Source of the DNA: a virus
Lineage: Duplodnaviria; Heunggongvirae; Uroviricota; Caudoviricetes
Length of the DNA stretch: 34,834 nt
Virus record (IMG/VR): IMGVR_UViG_2541047861_000007
Coordinates: 1 to 34,834 of that record
Direction: 5' to 3' (one strand)
Shown here: positions 18,940 through 27,683 of the stretch, in pieces
Layout of the letters: every line of letters starts with the position of its first letter
How positions within the stretch are numbered: the stretch's first letter is position 1
Made by a program: the position numbers and the translations under genes
The notes under the pieces: model-generated
Databases searched by the model: none
What the model was told of the DNA's origin: nothing
Seen by the model: the letters and a program-made list of their open reading frames with translations, nothing else

Positions 18940-19442
18940 CAGCACAACTCCGCAAAGATTCGCGGGCGGCACAGAATGTCAGAGATGGCCCAGCTCACAT
19001 CGCGCCACAAATCCGATGTCTGTATATCCAGTGCGTCCGCCCGGCGGTCGCCCTTGTCCGTTGTGTCCGCATCGCGGTAACGCTCCAGAATCAGGGCGCG
19101 TGTGGCGGTGTAAACCGCATTGCGCCAGTGCCAGAGATTGACGCTTTCTCCGTTAATTACGGGTGCCGGAACATCGGCCAGCGTCTGATGGCCAGCCGCC
19201 TGCTGTTCCTGCTGCCACGCTTCCAGCTCGCGGGTAACGTGTGCCACGGCCCCGGTGGCGGTATGCAGCAGGCGGGAGGTGGTCACACGGCCCGGCAGTC
19301 GTACCGCCAGACGCAGTTCACGCAGCACAATATCCGGCCAGAATGCACCCGCTGAAATACGGGTATCACCATCATCGGTATCGGTGATGTCGTCCTCTGC
19401 GGGTCCGGGGTTGGTTCTGGCAACCATACTCATGGGGTTCAC
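18939..19442 (-). CDS. L: Head completion / stabilisation protein L
   Basis: 167 aa between M and X, size and position of P2 gpL. Confidence 0.85.
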   Translation of the reverse strand: MNPMSMVARTNPGPAEDDITDTDDGDTRISAGAFWPDIVLRELRLAVRLPGRVTTSRLLHTATGAVAHVTRELEAWQQEQQAAGHQTLADVPAPVINGESVNLWHWRNAVYTATRALILERYRDADTTDKGDRRADALDIQTSDLWRDVSWAISDILCRPRIFAELC

Positions 19443-19534
19443 TCCTGAAAAAATCGGGCGGTGGGTGCGCGGTGTAAACGGTCACGGAGTCAAACCAGAA
19501 CACCGCGCACGCCGCCCGCTGACGGGGTCAGTCG

Positions 19535-20335
19535 TTAACCGCGCTTCGCCTTCTGCGTCGCGGTGGTTTTTCGTGTTGCAGGCTTCCGCGTTGTCTTTTT
19601 ACTTTTGCTGCTTTCGTCCTGCGCCTGCTGTGCGCTGGCGTCTTCTGGTGCGGCTGCGGAATCGGCTTTTTTCAGGGCGCGGGAAAGGGTTGCAATCTCG
19701 CGTTTCACACCTGCGTTCGGGTTCAGGTGCATTGCTTCGCGCAGCAGCTTCAGTGACAGGGCCATGCTGTCCGCATCACTCAGGCCACGGCGGGCAAAGG
19801 CGCACGCTTTGCATAATTTGGCGCGCACTTCGTCCGGCATGTCCTGGTCGGTGACAATCTCCCGGAGGGTGTCCAATGGTTCGATAAAGGCGGACAAATC
19901 CGCGTCGGCATCCGTCCCGGCCTGCGTCAGTACCGGATTACAGATTTCTTCGGTCAGTACCGTGGCAGCAGTACGGCCAAAGTTATCCGGCATGATGAGG
20001 TTGTGACGGACCACATACGCGCCGATACGCAGCGCAAGCGGAAGATCGCCACAGTCAATCGCCCACACCATCAGCGTGGCAATCACTTCATCCTGCTGCC
20101 CGCCGTCAGCCTCCAGCGTTCCCTCAATCCAGCCGGAAAAATCCGGCAACAACTCTTTTTTGATGGCGGCTTTCGCGCTTCTGGCCTGTACGCCCTTAAG
20201 CCGGGCTTGTGCCAGACGCAGACGATACAGCACCTCTTCATGCGCGGTACGCGCGGCGTGGTCCACGCCTTCATTCGCCCGGCCTGCGCGCTGTGCCATC
20301 ACGTTCTGCCAGTGTTGCTGTGCAGGAGTAATCAT
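19535..20335 (-). CDS. M: Terminase endonuclease (small) subunit M
   Basis: 266 aa with ..MPDEVRAKL.. as in P2 gpM and a basic Lys/Thr/Arg-rich C-terminal tail. Confidence 0.85.
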   Translation of the reverse strand: MITPAQQHWQNVMAQRAGRANEGVDHAARTAHEEVLYRLRLAQARLKGVQARSAKAAIKKELLPDFSGWIEGTLEADGGQQDEVIATLMVWAIDCGDLPLALRIGAYVVRHNLIMPDNFGRTAATVLTEEICNPVLTQAGTDADADLSAFIEPLDTLREIVTDQDMPDEVRAKLCKACAFARRGLSDADSMALSLKLLREAMHLNPNAGVKREIATLSRALKKADSAAAPEDASAQQAQDESSKSKKTTRKPATRKTTATQKAKRG

Positions 20336-20380
20336 TTGTTCTCTCCGTTACTGGCGGGCATGATGCCCGCCGTGAGTTGA

Positions 20381-21433
20381 TTAGCTGTCGGCGAACTTCA
20401 GGCCAGTGACCATCGCGCACTTGCCATAGTCTTCAACGACATAAGCGTCATTGATGGACTGGTAGGTGGCGATGCGGTTGTATTCCGGCTCGTCTTTCAT
20501 CAGGCGACGCATTGAACCTTTCTGCCAGTAAATCGACAGGTTGTTGAACGAGGTGATCAGCATCGTTGCATCCGGGAAGAACGGTGCAAGGAACACGCCC
20601 AGCCCGCCAATGGTGCGCGATGACAGGATGAGCTGCCCGGCAAGTAATTCCGCATTGGGATTCTGGCCGCTGATGCTGTTCAGCACGGGCAGACGCAGCG
20701 AGTTAAACAGGTTGCGCCCCATAATCACCACAAGGTCGTCAGCTTCCTTGTGCCATTCATCCAGCAGGGATGAACGCGCGTCCTGTACCAGTGCATCAGC
20801 GTTCGCATACTTACCCGCGTGCGCCACGGTGTTGTCCATGTTGCGGGAGGTCAGCGTCACGTCATTCATAACGCGTTCGCTGGCGTCGGTTCTGATGTGC
20901 TCCAGCCATCCCACGTTAACGTCCTGAAGCAGCTTGTTGGTGCTGAAGTTGGACTCATCCGCGTGAGACGTGCCGTTGAAACCGATCATGATGCGGTCAA
21001 GCGCCACCTGCCGGGCAATCTGTGCGCTGATGCGGGACTGAAAATCAGGATGTGCCGCCCAGGCATCAAGCTGCGGATATGAAATAAACGTGTCGTAGTT
21101 CACCTGTTCGCACTGGTATTTGCGGTTTTTCAGATCAACCACGTTATTCGGGTTACGGCGTTTTGTGCCGTCATAACTGGTATTCGTGCGTGCAATTGGC
21201 CCGGTGGTGTCCAGGAGGATTTTTTCGCCTTTCTGGTCGGTCACGCCGATCACGTTAATTCTTTTTGTAAATTCGGTGCTTTCCTTTGAGGCGTTTTCAA
21301 AACGCTGCTGCACCGAGGGTTCCACGGTAAATCGCGATACCAGTGCGGAAACCGGAATATTATTAAGCGACGCCTGCTGCGCCATATAGCAACCCAGCTT
21401 GTTGCGGGTAATATCTGACATCACCAGATTCAT
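20381..21433 (-). CDS. N: Major capsid protein N
   Basis: 350 aa; RFTVEPSVQQ, GEKI, MIGFNG, VGWL, DLVVIMGR, NLSIYW, YVVEDY align with P2 gpN motifs. Confidence 0.93.
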   Translation of the reverse strand: MNLVMSDITRNKLGCYMAQQASLNNIPVSALVSRFTVEPSVQQRFENASKESTEFTKRINVIGVTDQKGEKILLDTTGPIARTNTSYDGTKRRNPNNVVDLKNRKYQCEQVNYDTFISYPQLDAWAAHPDFQSRISAQIARQVALDRIMIGFNGTSHADESNFSTNKLLQDVNVGWLEHIRTDASERVMNDVTLTSRNMDNTVAHAGKYANADALVQDARSSLLDEWHKEADDLVVIMGRNLFNSLRLPVLNSISGQNPNAELLAGQLILSSRTIGGLGVFLAPFFPDATMLITSFNNLSIYWQKGSMRRLMKDEPEYNRIATYQSINDAYVVEDYGKCAMVTGLKFADS

Positions 21434-21456
21434 AAAAAATTTGCTCCTTTGTCTTA

Positions 21457-22293
21457 TCAGAAGTCAGCCAGCTGGTCGGAGGCTGCACCTGTTGCGGTGA
21501 ACCGGTTCTGCGGATCGCCGTCCTGCGTGCGCAGTTTTTCCTTCAGTGCTGCCAGCTCTGTGGTCAGTGACGTAATTTTCTGGCGGTCCTGCTGATGGCG
21601 GGTTTCCAGCACATTAAAACGGTCGATAATGTCGGCCTGTGACGTTGCGACGCCTTCCACCGCTTCCTGAATACGGGAAAAACTGGCGTCATCCGCTTTG
21701 CGGCCACGGCCAATAATCCCCATTACGCGGTTAAACCACTGGGTGCCTTCTTCCTGGCGTTGTTCTGCCATTTCGATGATTTCAGACTCGATGGCTTCGG
21801 AGATAAGCGGCGCTTCACCCTGGATACTGTTGAACGTCATCACCGCCTGACGTTGCTGTGCCGTGAATTTCAGGCGCTCAGTGCCCAGGCTTGCCGGGGT
21901 GTCGGTCATCGCCAGCCCGACCAGATAGGCGCGCCCGTTAACGGAGAACTGCGGGTGCAGTTCGATACTGGAATAGATTTTCTTGCCGTCCGCGACAAGC
22001 TGCTTCATGCGCTCGGTCGGTTCGATTTCTGCATACAGCGCAGTACGTCCGGCCAGCGGACCTTCCGTAATGTCTTCCGTACTCAGTGCGGTGACATCGC
22101 CCATTGCGGAAAATTCGCTTGACGGGCATGGCGAGAGATAGTGCTCAACGTTCACGCGGGCAGCGTAAACATCCGGGTCGAAGTTCTCGGCGGCTTCACG
22201 CAGATGCACCGGACTGATTTCACGGCCATCAACAGTTGATCCGGAGACAGCCACGCGAAACTTTTTGCGGGATGTCTTTTTTTCATTAGCCAT
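21457..22293 (-). CDS. O: Capsid scaffolding protein O
   Basis: Start at MANEKKTSRKKFRVAVSGSTVDGREI (P2 gpO begins MAKKVSKFFRIGVEGDTCDGRVI); YLVGLAMTDTPASLGTE motif; divergent from P. Confidence 0.88.
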   Translation of the reverse strand: MANEKKTSRKKFRVAVSGSTVDGREISPVHLREAAENFDPDVYAARVNVEHYLSPCPSSEFSAMGDVTALSTEDITEGPLAGRTALYAEIEPTERMKQLVADGKKIYSSIELHPQFSVNGRAYLVGLAMTDTPASLGTERLKFTAQQRQAVMTFNSIQGEAPLISEAIESEIIEMAEQRQEEGTQWFNRVMGIIGRGRKADDASFSRIQEAVEGVATSQADIIDRFNVLETRHQQDRQKITSLTTELAALKEKLRTQDGDPQNRFTATGAASDQLADF

Positions 22294-22447
22294 AGTTTTT
22301 GCCCCTCTGACTGGTTCTTCAGTCATGATGGCAAAGCGTAACAGGCTGATACAAAGGGCTTTTGTTGTAAGAAAACGGCCAGAACAGGGGGTTAAGGAGA
22401 ACAGTTTCGCGCGCGGGTAATCTTCCTGTAATTACTCAGGGGGAGCA

Positions 22448-24199
22448 ATGATTCAGGACGCTTTTGTGCGCCAGCGTGCGCGGCAACTTTACTGGCAGGG
22501 TTATCCGCCCGCAGAAATATCACGTCTGATGGGAATAAACCCGAACACGATTTATGCGTGGAAAAAACGTGACCAGTGGGATGAAACGCCACCCGTGCAG
22601 CGTGTCACGCAGTCCATCGATGCGCGCCTCATCCAGCTTACTGAAAAACAGAATAAAACAGGCGGTGACTTTAAGGAAATAGACCTGCTGACCCGGCAGC
22701 TTAAAAAGCTGCATGATGGCCAGCCGGATGCGACGGCCGCAGGAAAGAAAGGCCGGGCGAAAAAACTCAAAAATCATTTCACGCCGGAACAGATTGCCGC
22801 ACTGCGGGAAAAAATCATCAGCAGGCTGGAGTGGCATCAGCGGGGCTGGTTTGACTCCCTGACCCTTTGCAGGGAAGCCGGGATACGTAACAGGATGATC
22901 CTGAAATCCCGACAGATTGGGGCGACCTGGTATTTTGCACAGGAAGCACTGCTGATGGCGCTGCGTGACGATGTGGCGCAACCTTACCAGCGTAACCAGA
23001 TTTTTTTGTCTGCGTCGCGTCGTCAGGCGTTCCAGTTTAAAAGCATTATTCAGAAGGCCGCGGCTGAAGTTGATGTGGAGCTGAAAGGGGGCGATAAAAT
23101 CATCCTCTCCAACGGCGCAGAGCTGCATTTTCTCGGCACTTCTGCTGCGTCGGCACAGTCCTATACGGGCAATTTTTATTTTGATGAATTTTTCTGGGTC
23201 AGTCGCTTTGCTGAACTGCGCAAGGTGGCTGGCGCTATGGCAACCCTCAGCGGACTGCGGCGCACCTACTTCTCCACGCCATCCACCGAAACGCACGAGG
23301 CATACGCCTACTGGAACGGCGACCGCTGGAATGAGAAAAAGGCCTCGCATAAACGCCAGCGTTTTTCTGTGGACTGGAAAACGCTGCATAACGGGCTTAT
23401 CTGCCCTGACCGGACGTGGCGGCAAATTGTCACGCTGGAAGATGTGGTTAATCACGGCTGGAAACACACTGATATCGACGAAATTCGTGATGAAAACACC
23501 GAAGACGAGTTCCTCAATCTCTATATGTGTGAGTTTGTCCGCGAAGGGGAATCGGCATTTAACCTGAATATCCTGATTGGCTGCGGTGTTGACGGATACG
23601 ACGACTGGAAAGACTGGAAACCTTTTGCTCCCCGCCCGATGGGGAATCGTCCGGTATGGATTGGGTATGACGCAAACGGCAGTAGTGGCAACGGCGACAG
23701 CGGCGCTGTGTCCGTGGTGGTTCCTCCGGCTGTTCCTGGTGGCCGTTTTCGAACGGTGGAGACGCGACGCGTTCAGGGGCTGGAGTTTGAAGAACAGGCC
23801 AGAGTCATTGAAGAGTTCACGTATCGCTACAACGTGGAACACATCGGCATTGATGTGACGGGCGGGAACGGGGAGGCTGTTTATCAGATAGTGAAACGGT
23901 TTTTCCCTGCTGCTATTCCGTACACCTTCACGCTGTCATCAAAACGGTCGCTGGTACTGAAAATGCTGCAAATAATGCGTGCCGGGCGGTGGGAATACGA
24001 TCGCGCCGAACGCGAGCTGGTCGCGGCCTTTAACGCCGTGCGTAAGGTGAAAACACCGGGCGGCTTTATCACTTACGAAACGGACCGCGCGAGGGGGATC
24101 AGCCACGGCGACCTTGCGTGGGCAACCATGCTTGCTGTCATTAACGAACCGATTGGCGGCGAAGGAGAAAACGAGCGTTTCACGGTTATGGAGTTCTGA
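22448..24199 (+). CDS. P: Terminase large (ATPase) subunit P
   Basis: 583 aa, divergent from O as in P2, with a terminase-type ATPase N-terminal half and nuclease C-terminal half. Confidence 0.93.
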   Translation: MIQDAFVRQRARQLYWQGYPPAEISRLMGINPNTIYAWKKRDQWDETPPVQRVTQSIDARLIQLTEKQNKTGGDFKEIDLLTRQLKKLHDGQPDATAAGKKGRAKKLKNHFTPEQIAALREKIISRLEWHQRGWFDSLTLCREAGIRNRMILKSRQIGATWYFAQEALLMALRDDVAQPYQRNQIFLSASRRQAFQFKSIIQKAAAEVDVELKGGDKIILSNGAELHFLGTSAASAQSYTGNFYFDEFFWVSRFAELRKVAGAMATLSGLRRTYFSTPSTETHEAYAYWNGDRWNEKKASHKRQRFSVDWKTLHNGLICPDRTWRQIVTLEDVVNHGWKHTDIDEIRDENTEDEFLNLYMCEFVREGESAFNLNILIGCGVDGYDDWKDWKPFAPRPMGNRPVWIGYDANGSSGNGDSGAVSVVVPPAVPGGRFRTVETRRVQGLEFEEQARVIEEFTYRYNVEHIGIDVTGGNGEAVYQIVKRFFPAAIPYTFTLSSKRSLVLKMLQIMRAGRWEYDRAERELVAAFNAVRKVKTPGGFITYETDRARGISHGDLAWATMLAVINEPIGGEGENERFTVMEF

Positions 24200-25245
24200 T
24201 GAGCAGAAAAAACAAAAAAGTGCGCATGAGTTCACGCATTGATCTCGCTGATGCGCTCAGGAAAGAATCATCGCTCAGTGCATTCACATTTGATGGTCCT
24301 TATCGCCTGACCGGGCATGACCTGCTGGACAATATGTACTGTGCTGATAACGGGCGGTGGTATGAAACCCCGGTGGACTGGTACGGTCTGGCAAGAGCAG
24401 CCCGGCAAACGTCCTGGCATCAGTCTGCGCTTTACTTTAAGCGCAATGTATTACTCGGTTGCTACATCCCGCACCCGCTGCTTTCCCGGCAGGATTTCTC
24501 GGCGCTGGCGCTGGACTGGTTTGTGTTCGGTAATGCATTCCTTGAGCTTCGAAGCAATATGCTCGGCGAACCGCTTAAATTACGGCACGCCCTGGCGAAA
24601 TACATGCGACGCGGAAGCGATCTTGAATCATGGTGGTATGTGCAGGATGGTAAGGACGCGTTTCAGTTTCGCCCTGGCAAAGTATGCCACCTGATGAATC
24701 CGGATATTAACCAGGAAATCTACGGCATGCCGGAATATCTTGGCGCATTACTCTCGGCCAGCCTTTCTCATTCGGCGGACATGTTCAGAAAACTGTACTA
24801 CGACAACGGATCCCACGCCGGGTGCATCATCTACATCGGTGCAGCGCAGGTAAACCGCGAAAGCATGGACTCCCTGAAAGAAACGTTACAGGGTGCGCGT
24901 GGTGGTGGTGCATTTAAAAACGTGCTCATTCATGCGCCCAACGGGGGCAAAGAGGGGGTGCAAATTTTGCCGTTCCAGCAGATCACCGCAAAGGATGAGT
25001 TCATGAATGTTAAGGCGGCATCCCGTGATGATGTACTGGCTGCGCACCGCGTTCCGCCGCAACTGATGGGGGCGATGCCGGGCGAAAAAAGTGCGTTTGG
25101 TGATGTGGAGAAGGCCGCGCGGGTTTATGCAATTAACGAGCTGATGCCCGTTATGGAGGCTATGAAGCACATCAATGACTGGCTTGGCGAAGAGGTGATC
25201 CGCTTTAACCCTTACGCACTGTTAGACACCCAGCCCACATCCTGA
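24199..25245 (+). CDS. Q: Portal protein Q
   Basis: 348 aa directly after P with an ATGA overlap; size and position of P2 gpQ. Confidence 0.93.
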   Translation: MSRKNKKVRMSSRIDLADALRKESSLSAFTFDGPYRLTGHDLLDNMYCADNGRWYETPVDWYGLARAARQTSWHQSALYFKRNVLLGCYIPHPLLSRQDFSALALDWFVFGNAFLELRSNMLGEPLKLRHALAKYMRRGSDLESWWYVQDGKDAFQFRPGKVCHLMNPDINQEIYGMPEYLGALLSASLSHSADMFRKLYYDNGSHAGCIIYIGAAQVNRESMDSLKETLQGARGGGAFKNVLIHAPNGGKEGVQILPFQQITAKDEFMNVKAASRDDVLAAHRVPPQLMGAMPGEKSAFGDVEKAARVYAINELMPVMEAMKHINDWLGEEVIRFNPYALLDTQPTS

Positions 25246-25269
25246 CGCGCTTCGCTTGTCTGCTGCTTC

Positions 25270-25298
25270 GTCGGGGCATAAAAAATTTATGCCCCGAC
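25270..25298. repeat. Perfect 12-bp palindrome hairpin just after the Q stop
   Basis: tcggggcataaa-aaaa-tttatgccccga; no downstream U-tract, so it may be a protein-binding or RNA-processing element rather than an intrinsic terminator. Confidence 0.6.
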
Positions 25299-25389
25299 TC
25301 TCCAGCTCCTGTATCAATCAGATAATTTCACGACGTCTTCCAGCTTATCGCCATCATCGACGGTCAGGCTCTTACGCAATCCCACCGCG

Positions 25390-25425
25390 TTGACTGCATG
25401 TTCTCGCCGCCTCAGTGCGATTTTG
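25390..25425. other. Candidate cos (cohesive-end) region
   Basis: Reverse complement reads GAGGCGGCGAGAACATGCA, which resembles the P2 cohesive end GGCGAGGCGGGGAAAGCAC as I recall it, and lies about 170 bp beyond the Q stop, where P2 places cos. Confidence 0.35.
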
Positions 25426-25573
25426 ACGGCCTTATCTGTCACCCCATCAAATCAAAAGCCCTCACGTCTTTTTCACGCTCAGCGTGAGAAATACAGCCAT
25501 TCTGTTGTGTCGCTGCGACATCGTTCAGGGGATGCTATTTACCCCCTGAAACGCGGGCTGTTCCCCCGTCACC

Positions 25574-25599
25574 TGCGCGCAGAAAAAGCGCGTTTTTTT
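25574..25599 (+). terminator. Rho-independent terminator candidate
   Basis: cgcgc-agaaaaa-gcgcg followed by T7. Confidence 0.45.
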
Positions 25600-25670
25600 G
25601 TGCACGCACGGATCCTTGACGGATCCAGCCGCCACGCGGGCCGGAAGGGCAAAAAGTCGTTCAAAAAAAT

Positions 25671-25700
25671 TGTGCAAATTTGTGCACTATTGTGCAGTGT
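25671..25700. repeat. Three direct TGTGCA hexamers phased at exactly 10 bp
   Basis: tgtgcaaatt tgtgcactat tgtgcagtgt, preceded by an A7 tract. Confidence 0.6.
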
Positions 25701-26098
25701 GTATCGTGCTGTTTTCTACGTAAAGAACGGATGGTAAATTTGCTCGTAGCAGAGAAGATTTTAATGATCGCAAGATATGAAAAAAGATTCATAACCCTAT
25801 TTGATGTGCATCCTGTTTCAGGACTTGATATGTGACTGTATTACTGGGGCCACATCGTTGGGAGTTTTAAAGGACTAAGGTAATTATTATGGCATTCAAT
25901 TAAAAACAATACTATATACTATTTGATAACTATTTTGCAGCATGAAGAACCTTTAATTAATTATATGATTTTTTGTGATTGCAAATTTTTTAGATAAATA
26001 GCAAGATATCATAAATCATTATTATTCGTTTGCTTTTTTAATGAGAGTGTTTGTTTATAACGCTAATTTAATTTCAATAAGGAAAAAATGGAGTTACT

Positions 26099-27463
26099 AT
26101 GAATATAACTACTAATCGGAATGGTTTTGAGAATGGTTTTGATATTACATCTGACATATTTAATCGTAAGACATTATATGATCAAATGATACGGCTTATT
26201 ATTAATGCTCCTGACTCAAATTTGGTTTTTGCGTTAGATGATATATGGGGTAGCGGTAAAACATCATTTGTTAAGATGTTAAAATCAGAATTAGAATTAA
26301 CTAATAGTGAATATATAGATGTTGTTTATTTCGATGCATTTGAAAATGATTATCAATCAGATCCATTTATTTCAATATCATCTGAGCTATATAATTTACT
26401 AAAACACAGAGGAGTAGAGGCCGAAGATGTAGCTGATCGCATTATTAAAACTGGTAAGAAAATAGGTGCAAAAATATTAATCGGAGGTGCAAAGGTAGCT
26501 ATTACAACCCTGACAGCAGGTGTTGTGAATGGTTCTGCTCTTGATGCGGCAGGAAAAACAGTTAGCGATTCCATTAATAGTGAGTTAGAGTCTTTTGTTG
26601 AAGAGAAAATAAAATCCATGGAGCAGGAAAAAAACTCAATTGCTGACTTTAAAAAAGCTTTAGAAGAAATATATACAAATACAAAGAGAAAAACCTTGAT
26701 TATTATTGATGAACTTGATCGAGCCCGCCCAGATTATTCTCTAGAGCTATTGGAAAAAATTAAGCATCTTTTTTCTGTGAAAGGTATGGTTTTCTTATTG
26801 GTAATGAATCGAGAGCAATTTGAAAAGGGAATTGCATATAAATACGGTGATATCAATACTGGTCTGTACTTGAATAAATTTATTCATTATTGGTTTTCTT
26901 TGCCCAAAATAAATATGTATGACTCTATGGTGTTACAAGCATCTAACAAAACAACGATTACAACGTATATTAAAAAAACTCTACAACAGAATCACTCTCT
27001 AGGTATTAATACAGATGGTGCTTTTGTAAGAGTCTTATCATGCTTGATTGAAACCAATAATTGCTCGCTGCGAGAAGTTGAACGATGTATTTCAACTATG
27101 CTTGTAGTGGATAATCATACGTGTATAGCGAATAATGATGATAATTATTATATGATTGCATTAGCATTGGTTTGTTTCTTGAAAGTAACTTCTCCAGATA
27201 TGTTAAATCGACTACTTAAGAAGGAAATGTCTTCTGAAGAGATATTAGAATTACTTAATATAAAATCTGATTATTTTTCATCAAAGATGGAAATTAAATT
27301 GCTTAAAGAACTACTGGATTATTATTACATCGATAAAGAAACATTAAAACTATTACGTAATGAAAAGGGAAGTTATGTTCAGCGTATAGAAGGTGATTTT
27401 GCGTTTGAATATAACCATATCTTTAATATTTCCACATCAATAGCTAATATGACTATAAAATAA
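26099..27463 (+). CDS. KAP-family P-loop NTPase (candidate phage-exclusion/abortive-infection protein)
   Basis: 454 aa; Walker A in ALDDIWGSGKTSFVKM, Walker B in LIIIDELDRARPDYSLELLEKIKHLF, the KAP NTPase signature (the family that includes F-plasmid PifA). Very AT-rich with rare-codon usage; GGAG Shine-Dalgarno 7 nt upstream. Confidence 0.8.
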   Translation: MNITTNRNGFENGFDITSDIFNRKTLYDQMIRLIINAPDSNLVFALDDIWGSGKTSFVKMLKSELELTNSEYIDVVYFDAFENDYQSDPFISISSELYNLLKHRGVEAEDVADRIIKTGKKIGAKILIGGAKVAITTLTAGVVNGSALDAAGKTVSDSINSELESFVEEKIKSMEQEKNSIADFKKALEEIYTNTKRKTLIIIDELDRARPDYSLELLEKIKHLFSVKGMVFLLVMNREQFEKGIAYKYGDINTGLYLNKFIHYWFSLPKINMYDSMVLQASNKTTITTYIKKTLQQNHSLGINTDGAFVRVLSCLIETNNCSLREVERCISTMLVVDNHTCIANNDDNYYMIALALVCFLKVTSPDMLNRLLKKEMSSEEILELLNIKSDYFSSKMEIKLLKELLDYYYIDKETLKLLRNEKGSYVQRIEGDFAFEYNHIFNISTSIANMTIK

Positions 27464-27683
27464 GAACCGTGAGTCATATTTAATCACTAAGATAATTGAA
27501 GCCTTAAATGATTGGACTTAGGGCTTTACTTATTTTTATTATTTGAAGTTGTTTAAGCTCACTATGTTACATAGTTTGTGGTCCATACCAATTTGATTTT
27601 ATTGGCATTTCATAGATACACATGTTCTGTGTGAATATCCTTCTTTTATTTATCATTTGATTTTCAAACTCCGTTTCTTTTGA

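Noticed and set aside
22520-23842. 440-aa antisense ORF inside the terminase large subunit gene
   Set aside because: Its translation is Arg/Pro/Ala-rich low-complexity sequence with no motifs, and the plus-strand frame encodes a convincing terminase.
27500-27545. Possible terminator hairpin downstream of the KAP NTPase gene
   Set aside because: The stem is only about 5 bp with a long loop; it is too weak to annotate, although the T-rich tail fits a 3' end.
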